DNA of 64,000 nucleotides from Armatimonadota bacterium (GTDB lineage Bacteria; Armatimonadota; SYMT01): NCBI GenBank assembly GCA_046292385.1, contig JBKBRF010000037.1, positions 1 to 64,000 of the forward strand, read 5' to 3'. Shown piece by piece: positions 58,130 to 64,000 of this stretch (position 1 is its first letter; each line of letters starts with the position of its first letter). The notes under the pieces were generated by a model. It saw only the letters and a program-made list of their open reading frames with translations, ran no database searches and was not told where the DNA came from. The position numbers and the translations under genes were made by a program.

Positions 58130-59059
58130 ATGTCGGTGGTTTCTTCGGATATGGCACAGCAGTGGTCTACGCGGTTCGAGACCCTGCACCTGGTCGAATA
58201 CAACAGCGCGATCGCGGTCGCGCGCCAGCAGCTCGATCCGCTGCTGCTCCCGATCACCCTGGAAGACCACCAGGGGGACGAGATCACGCTCGACTGGCTC
58301 GGCGCGGCCCCGCAGATGCGGCGGTGGGTGGACGAGAAGCGGGCCCAGGGGCTCAACAAGAACTCCTGGAAGGTGAAGGTGGAGAACTTCGAAGCCTCGA
58401 TCGAGGTGGACCTGAACGCCTTCAACGACGCGCGGATGAACCCGTACGAGCTGCGGATCCGAGAGATGTCCCGGAACGCGGCGCGCCTGCCCTACAACCT
58501 GATCAGCGACCTGATCAAGGCGGGCCTGGCGGCGAAGTGCTATGACGGTCAGTACTTCTACGACACCGACCACGAGGAAGGCGACAGCGGCGCGCAGTCC
58601 AACAAGCTGGTCGGCACCGGCACCAGCCAGGCGGCGATCGAGACCGACTTCTACGCCGCGAAAGCCGCCCTGATGGGCTTCAAGGACGACAAGGGCGAGC
58701 CGCTGGCGCCCTTCGACTTCCGCCCGGTGGTCTGGCTGCCGAACAACGCCACCCTGATCCAGCGCTTCGCCACCCTGGCCGGCGCGCAGATGGTGAGCCA
58801 GACCAGCAACATCCTGGCCGGCAAGTTCGACATCGTGGTGGACCCGCGCCTCACCGACCCGAACGACTGGGGGATGTTCCGGACGGACACCCTCCTGAAG
58901 CCGTTCATCCTGGTCAACCGGGAGGAGCCGCACTACGAAGACAACTTCGCCAGCAAGGCGGGCGACGTCTTCGACCGGCGGAAGGGCAAGGCCTCGGTGG
59001 TCGGCCGGCTCGCGGCGGCCTACGGGATGTGGCAGAACGGGGTCTGGACGACCAACTAA
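58130..59059 (+). CDS. Mu gpT-like major capsid protein
   Basis: WLGAAPQMRRWVDEK, NFEASIEVD, CYDGQYFYDTDH, KPFILVNRE, AAAYGMWQ. Confidence 0.9.
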   Translation: MSVVSSDMAQQWSTRFETLHLVEYNSAIAVARQQLDPLLLPITLEDHQGDEITLDWLGAAPQMRRWVDEKRAQGLNKNSWKVKVENFEASIEVDLNAFNDARMNPYELRIREMSRNAARLPYNLISDLIKAGLAAKCYDGQYFYDTDHEEGDSGAQSNKLVGTGTSQAAIETDFYAAKAALMGFKDDKGEPLAPFDFRPVVWLPNNATLIQRFATLAGAQMVSQTSNILAGKFDIVVDPRLTDPNDWGMFRTDTLLKPFILVNREEPHYEDNFASKAGDVFDRRKGKASVVGRLAAAYGMWQNGVWTTN

Positions 59060-59158
59060 CCCCGGGGACCTCCCCGAGGTGACACGTAGAGAAGTGCTTC
59101 AGGGCCGCGCCGGATCTCTCCGGTGGCGGCCCTGCTGTTTGAGGAAAGGGTTTCCGAA

Positions 59159-59569
59159 ATGGCTGCAGCGACGAAGGATCGCGAGGCGAAGCGGCAGGAC
59201 GGCACGCTCAAGGCGGAGCCGATGGCGGTCGCAAAGGTCTTCAAGGGCACGCTGGTCAACCACAACGCCGCGGGCTACGCCGCGCCGGCCGGCGCCAACG
59301 CGAACGAGACGTTTGCGGGGGTGGCGTACGAGGCGGCGGACAACACCGGCGGCGCCGTGGGCGACAAGAAGGTGCGGGTGGAGAAGGTCGGCGAGTATGA
59401 GTTCGTGGCCGCGGGCATCGTCCAGGCGGACGTCGGCAAGGAGGTCTACGTCACGGACGATCAGACCGTGCAGATCGCCGCGCCGGCCAACGCCATCAAG
59501 TGCGGCGTGATCAGCGAGTACGTCAGCGCCACCCGGGTCCGGATCCGGATCGACAACTACGCCCGCTAA
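59159..59569 (+). CDS. Capsid decoration/cement protein (DUF2190-like)
   Basis: FAGVAYEAADNTGGAVGD..QADVGKEVYVTDDQTV. Confidence 0.75.
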   Translation: MAAATKDREAKRQDGTLKAEPMAVAKVFKGTLVNHNAAGYAAPAGANANETFAGVAYEAADNTGGAVGDKKVRVEKVGEYEFVAAGIVQADVGKEVYVTDDQTVQIAAPANAIKCGVISEYVSATRVRIRIDNYAR

Positions 59570-59631
59570 CCGGCTGCCGGCTGCGGCCGGCGGTCCGGTG
59601 GGCCCAGAGCACGAACCCGGAAAGGGGCGCG

Positions 59632-60159
59632 ATGTTCTACCGAGTAAGATCCCAACCCAACCCGCCGCACGACGGTTTCCGCCGCGGCGGGCGTCTCTTC
59701 TCGGCCTCGGAGTGGACCTACCTCTCCGGGGCCGAGCTTTCTCCGGATCTCCTCAACGAACCCATGCTGATCGTGGAGGAGATCTCGGAGGAAGAGTTCT
59801 TCAGCCAGGGCGAGCCGGAACCGGAAGACCCCCGCGACGCGGAGATCGCCACGCTGCGGGAGCGGCACGACGCACTCCTAGCGGAAGCGCAGAAGTCGTT
59901 CGCCGAGCAGGAGCGCCGGATCGACGGTCTCCAGCGCGAGCACCAGCACAACACCGAGGAGCTGGTCTCCCTGGCGCGTCAGAGGGACAAGGCGCAGGCC
60001 AAGGTCGCCGAGCTGGAAGCCGAGCTGGAGACGCTGCGGGCCCAGGTGGCAGCCCAGGGTGAAGGCGAGCCGGAGACCCCGGCCACGGAGCCCGAAGCCG
60101 CCAGCGAGCCGGCTGCCACCGAGAAGCCGGCCGGGCGCCGGCAGGGAGGCGGGAAGTAA
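59632..60159 (+). CDS. HI1506/Mu gp35-like protein with coiled coil
   Basis: DGFRRGGRLFS..LLNEPMLIVEEI. Confidence 0.7.
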   Translation: MFYRVRSQPNPPHDGFRRGGRLFSASEWTYLSGAELSPDLLNEPMLIVEEISEEEFFSQGEPEPEDPRDAEIATLRERHDALLAEAQKSFAEQERRIDGLQREHQHNTEELVSLARQRDKAQAKVAELEAELETLRAQVAAQGEGEPETPATEPEAASEPAATEKPAGRRQGGGK

Positions 60160-60495
60160 ATGGGCGCGATCTGGCGTGATCAAGCAGCACTGCCGGTCGT
60201 CATCGCCAACCTGGGAAGCAAGACGCCGGCCATCGAGCTCAAGCATTACGTGCTCTTTGGCCTGGCGGTCCCGGCGGCGTTCGAAGGCACGGTGCTCACC
60301 TTCGAGGTGTGCGACACGAAGGACGGCACCTTCCAGCCGCTCTATGACGACACCGGCGCCCTGGTCTCTCTCACGGTGGCTGCGGGGCGCAGCTACGCGC
60401 TGCCGGCGGCGCTGGCGGCGTGGCAGTTCTGCAAGGTGGTCAGTAACAACCCGACCGCCGCCGACCGCACCCTCACGTTCGTGTTCAAGGGGTAG
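60160..60495 (+). CDS. Phage structural beta-rich protein
   Basis: Tightly coupled in the virion operon; GLAVPAAFEGTVLTFEV. Confidence 0.65.
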   Translation: MGAIWRDQAALPVVIANLGSKTPAIELKHYVLFGLAVPAAFEGTVLTFEVCDTKDGTFQPLYDDTGALVSLTVAAGRSYALPAALAAWQFCKVVSNNPTAADRTLTFVFKG

Positions 60496-60498
60496 CTC

Positions 60499-61197
60499 GT
60501 GCCTGCCGGACTCTACTACGATCAGCGGCGCCTCGTGATGGCCCGCGCCTCCCCGCTCCGCCGGGCGCTCCTCGCGTTCTACGAGTTGGAGGAGGCGTCG
60601 GGCACTCGCCAGGACGCCAGCGGCAACGGGAGGCATCTCACCGATAACAACACGGTGACGATGGTGCCTGGGCGGGTAGGCAACGCGGCGCAGCTCACCG
60701 CCGCGAACTCCGAGTTCCTCTCGCGCACCAACGACCTGCTGACCGGCTCCGAGTGGACCGTGAGCCTCCACCTCAGGCTCGACACGCTAGCGGCACGCCG
60801 CGGGGTGCTTTCGATCGGGAACACGCCGCTTGACGGCACGCCGAGGATCCTCCTGCAGGCGAATAACGCCGACCTGGTGCTTTACGCGGAGGGCAGCGGA
60901 AACCGGATCGTCACCGGCACCGTGCTCGTCGTGAGCACTTGGTATCACGTCGTGCTCACTCGGGACTCCGCGCGAAACGTCCGGGGATATGTGAATGGCG
61001 TAGAGCGGCTGAACACCAACTTGGCCGCACCCGCCGGAAACGCGGCGAACTTCTACCTGGGAAGCGGCTTCAGCACCTATCACGACGGGCAGCTGGATCA
61101 GGTCGGAATCTGGGCGCGGGTGCTGACCGCCGCGGAAGCGACCTGGCTCTACAACGGCGGGGCCGGACGCAGCTACGCGGCGATTGCGACGGGGTAA
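60499..61197 (+). CDS. LamG/concanavalin A-like lectin domain protein
   Basis: DASGNGRHLT, TWYHVVLT, YVNG, GQLDQVGIWARVLTAAE. Confidence 0.88.
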   Translation: MPAGLYYDQRRLVMARASPLRRALLAFYELEEASGTRQDASGNGRHLTDNNTVTMVPGRVGNAAQLTAANSEFLSRTNDLLTGSEWTVSLHLRLDTLAARRGVLSIGNTPLDGTPRILLQANNADLVLYAEGSGNRIVTGTVLVVSTWYHVVLTRDSARNVRGYVNGVERLNTNLAAPAGNAANFYLGSGFSTYHDGQLDQVGIWARVLTAAEATWLYNGGAGRSYAAIATG

Positions 61198-61439
61198 TGA
61201 CCATGACGCTAGATCGCGCAATTGAGATCCTGAATGAGCGAAAGCACCGAGGTCACTCTGAGTGGGAAAGGGATCAGATCACCGGAGACCCCGAAAGCCT
61301 GTGCGTCACAGGTCCTGATCCCCACAGCGATCTCCTAACCCCGTTCGAAGCCGTTGCGATCGCAGAGAAGTACGAGCGCGACGTCGAAGTGAGCACTACC
61401 TGGAGAGATCTGGAGAACTCTGTCGATGCCACTGACTGA
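61197..61439 (+). CDS. Small hypothetical protein
   Basis: TAATG overlap with the LamG stop. Confidence 0.55.
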   Translation: MTMTLDRAIEILNERKHRGHSEWERDQITGDPESLCVTGPDPHSDLLTPFEAVAIAEKYERDVEVSTTWRDLENSVDATD

Positions 61440-61848
61440 CGAGCAAGCCCAGGTCATCCGGGACGCGATCTCGGCTCGGCTCACCGCCCAGTGGAGCTAC
61501 ATCCTCTCCTGCCAGGAGACGTACTTCGCGGCGCACGGTAGGTACGCCCAGGGCCTCCGCACCCACAGCGAGATCCCCGCGGATGGGCAGGAGCTGGCGC
61601 CGGACCTGGGGATGGAGCGACCCACCGACCAAGCAGAGTGCTGGATCGACCTGGCAATGTTGCCGGGCTCGATGCTCTCTGCGATGGAGATCGATGTCTA
61701 CGAAGGGCCACAGGGACACGGGTTTGTCGTGCGACTGCTGGTCGTCCTGAACGGACAGCTCTGGGTGCTCGAACGCCAGCATGGTCCAGAGGCGGGCCGT
61801 GATCGTGACTGGCACGGCCCGAGCGGCTCCACGGAGCCGGAGGAGTAA
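61426..61848 (+). CDS. Hypothetical phage protein
   Basis: 140 aa in the virion operon. Confidence 0.65.
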   Translation: MPLTDEQAQVIRDAISARLTAQWSYILSCQETYFAAHGRYAQGLRTHSEIPADGQELAPDLGMERPTDQAECWIDLAMLPGSMLSAMEIDVYEGPQGHGFVVRLLVVLNGQLWVLERQHGPEAGRDRDWHGPSGSTEPEE

Positions 61849-61851
61849 CCG

Positions 61852-62316
61852 ATGCCCTACGCCACCGCCGCCGACGTGCAGGAGTCGGTCCCGCTCCAGA
61901 GCTGGACGATGGGCGCCGACTCGCAGCCGAGCCAGGCCACCATCGAGGAGTGGCTGGAAGCGCAGAGCGCCTGGGTCGATGCGACCCTGCGCTGGAAGTA
62001 TGACGTGCCGATCACCGCCGCCGCGGACCTCGCGCTGCTGAAGCCGCTCGTAGCGATGCTGGTGGCCGCGCAGGTGTGGGCGATCCTCGGGGGGCACACC
62101 GGGCAGGAACCGGTGGCGGCGGTCACGCTCCGCCGCACGGCCCTCTCGATGCTCGTCTTTGATCCGAAGTCCGGGCAGTCGCGCGTGGTGCTCCCCAACT
62201 CCGCGGAGAGCGAGACCGGCGAGGCCGAGTTGGGACAGCCGATTAGCAGCTTCAGCGATCCGGAGAGTGACGACGGGATCCCGCGGCTGTTCGAGATCGG
62301 GACGGACGCCTGGTAA
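61852..62316 (+). CDS. Head-tail adaptor (Mu gp36-like)
   Basis: MPYATAADV..WVDATLRWKYDVP; position. Confidence 0.7.
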   Translation: MPYATAADVQESVPLQSWTMGADSQPSQATIEEWLEAQSAWVDATLRWKYDVPITAAADLALLKPLVAMLVAAQVWAILGGHTGQEPVAAVTLRRTALSMLVFDPKSGQSRVVLPNSAESETGEAELGQPISSFSDPESDDGIPRLFEIGTDAW

Positions 62317-62831
62317 TGAGCTACGGCACCGGCTCCCTGGTCTTCACCTTCAACGTGGCCGGTGAGGTCCAGTTCCGCCGCGAGCTGCCCGGCCTCGTCG
62401 CCCGGCTGCAGGACTGGACCCCCGCCTTCGAGCGCATCGCGGAGCACTTCCGCGAGCACATGGCAGAGGTCTTCGCGAGCGAGGGCAGCGCCAACGCCGC
62501 CGGCAAGTGGCGGGACCTCTCGCCGCGCTACGCCGCCTGGAAGGCGAAGCACTACCCGGGCAAGACGATCCTGGTGCGGGAAGGCGTCCTGCAGCGCGCG
62601 CTCACCCGACGCAACGCGAAGGGTTCCCTCCGCCGGATCGGCAAGAACACCCTCACCGTGGGCGCCCGGGTGCGGACTCCGAACGGCCGCTGGGATCTCG
62701 GGTTGATCCACCAGGAAGGCAGCTCGGACGGCCGGGTGCCGCAGCGCAAGATCATCGCGATCCCGCCGAGCGTGCAGGCGCGCTGGCTGCAGTTCCTCCG
62801 CGAGGAGATGAGTTGGGAAGGCAAAGGTTAG
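62316..62831 (+). CDS. Virion morphogenesis / tail completion protein (Mu gpG-like)
   Basis: FASEG..KWRDLSPRY..KTILVREGVL..IHQEG..VPQRKII. Confidence 0.8.
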   Translation: MSYGTGSLVFTFNVAGEVQFRRELPGLVARLQDWTPAFERIAEHFREHMAEVFASEGSANAAGKWRDLSPRYAAWKAKHYPGKTILVREGVLQRALTRRNAKGSLRRIGKNTLTVGARVRTPNGRWDLGLIHQEGSSDGRVPQRKIIAIPPSVQARWLQFLREEMSWEGKG

Positions 62832-63305
62832 ATGGCGACCCCTACCGATGACCTGGTGGAGACGATCACCGCCTACCTCGCGGCCGCGCTGCCGGCGGAG
62901 CTGGCCGCGGAAGGGCTCCCCGCCGTGAAGGAGTTCCTCAACCACGATCCGGCGCTCCTCGTCCTCACGAAGGCGCCACAGGTGTGGGTGGACGTGCCGG
63001 CGGACGAGCGCAGCTCCGCCGCGGAGCGGGGCGCCACGCTCCACAAGTACTCCCACGAGACCACGATCCTGGTGGCGATCACCGGGGCGGGGCCGGACGC
63101 CCAGACGGCGATCCGCCACTTGCGGAAGTCGGCCGACCTGATCCGGAAGGTGCTGGAGGGCAACCAGACCCTCTCCGGGCTCACGCTCTGGGTGCGGTGG
63201 CTCCGAACCGACTACAGCGTGAACATGGGCGCGCAGACCTCCCTCTTCAAGGAGGCGACGCTCACCTTCGATATCAACCGCCGCACGAAGCCGGGGGCCG
63301 CCTGA
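62832..63305 (+). CDS. Putative tail terminator protein
   Basis: Size and position after the gpG-like gene. Confidence 0.55.
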   Translation: MATPTDDLVETITAYLAAALPAELAAEGLPAVKEFLNHDPALLVLTKAPQVWVDVPADERSSAAERGATLHKYSHETTILVAITGAGPDAQTAIRHLRKSADLIRKVLEGNQTLSGLTLWVRWLRTDYSVNMGAQTSLFKEATLTFDINRRTKPGAA

Positions 63306-64000
63306 TGCTCTGCGTCGCCGTCGTCTTCGACCGATCGAAAGCCTACGCGCTGCCGGCGCTGCTGCCCGCGCTGGCGGCACTGGAGCGACCGGAGCCGGTC
63401 CGCTTCCTCTTCGTCATCGCGGGCGCCCTCACGCGGCGCCAGGCGGCTTACCTGCGGGAGTTCGCGGAGCGGCAGCCGGCCGGAGCGGTGGAGATCGTCC
63501 GCGGTCCGCGGCTGCCGGCGCCGGCCTGGGGCCAGCCCTTCCGGGATGTGGCGCTGCTGAGAGAGCGGCTGCACGCGGCCCTCGCCGCCGGGGCGGAGGA
63601 CTGGGTGCTCCTGCTCGATGCGGACGTGATCCCGGAGCCCGACACCCTCACCCGCATCCAGGCGCACGGACAGCCCTGCGTCTCGGCCCTGGTGCTCGGC
63701 CGCCGGAACGGCCAGGTCTGCGCGGACCCGTGGCGCGGCCGGCCGGGGCTGCAGCTCGTGGAGTGGACCGGCCTCGGCTGTATGCTGCTCGACGGAGACG
63801 TAGCGCGGGAGATCAGCTTCGCGCCGTTCCTGGCCGGCAAGCCAGGCGGTGAGGACGTGTGGTTTTGCCGGGAGCTGGCGCGCCGCGGCGGGCGGGTGCT
63901 CCTCGACCCGGAGGTGTGCCCCTGGCACGTAGACGGGACCGGGCTCGCGGTGCGGGCCGAATGGAGAGACGAAACGATGTCACGCAAGACGAAGACGGTC
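63305..64000 (+). CDS. GT-A fold glycosyltransferase (GT2-like), truncated by window end
   Basis: Hand-translated open frame from ATG 63305: WVLLLDADV, WTGLGCMLL, GGEDVWFC, PWH; absent from ORF track because it has no stop. Confidence 0.85.
   Translation, partial: MLCVAVVFDRSKAYALPALLPALAALERPEPVRFLFVIAGALTRRQAAYLREFAERQPAGAVEIVRGPRLPAPAWGQPFRDVALLRERLHAALAAGAEDWVLLLDADVIPEPDTLTRIQAHGQPCVSALVLGRRNGQVCADPWRGRPGLQLVEWTGLGCMLLDGDVAREISFAPFLAGKPGGEDVWFCRELARRGGRVLLDPEVCPWHVDGTGLAVRAEWRDETMSRKTKTV

Larger units (their letters stand above)
36035..64000. mobile_element. Prophage (left part; continues beyond window)
   Basis: tRNA-fragment att, divergent repressor/Cro region, replication, lysis, terminase, portal, protease, capsid and neck genes. 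Confidence 0.95.

Noticed and set aside
1..64000. Many long overlapping or antisense ORFs (e.g. 17021-19774 minus, 8672-10522 minus, 61857-63380 minus)
   Set aside because: Arg/Gly/Pro/Ala-rich shadow frames of recognisable genes, expected at this GC content
1..64000. CRISPR array, retron or diversity-generating retroelement
   Set aside because: No regularly spaced repeat-spacer array, cas gene, reverse transcriptase or TR/VR pair seen

Overview
High-GC bacterial chromosome segment; lineage cannot be fixed from sequence alone. Positions 1-34,000 hold ordinary chromosomal genes: a nucleic-acid repair cluster (MBL nuclease, Clp1-family kinase, histidine phosphatase, recO, PolX-PHP), typA, Tat-exported hydrolases, a PspA operon, recQ, and a LysR / rhodanese / sterol-desaturase locus whose rhodanese has an in-frame TGA at the catalytic position followed by a SECIS-like hairpin (probable selenoprotein). 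Several intergenic repeat families and two candidate structured RNAs are present. About 34,100-36,030 is a decayed element (frameshifted tyrosine integrase, phage gene relic, receiver domain). At 36,035-36,076 lies the 3' half of a tRNA-Val(TAC), a probable att site, followed by a prophage that runs off the right end. It carries a large multi-HTH repressor-like gene, a primase-polymerase plus SF1 helicase, a lysis cassette flanked by two antisense paralogous Cys-rich genes, terminase, a Mu-like head module whose MuF appears split (N-half on the portal, C-half fused to an HExxH metallopeptidase with a candidate immunity gene, and a papain-like gene in between), and a GT2 glycosyltransferase among the virion genes. 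All family calls come from motif recognition by eye; no searches were run.
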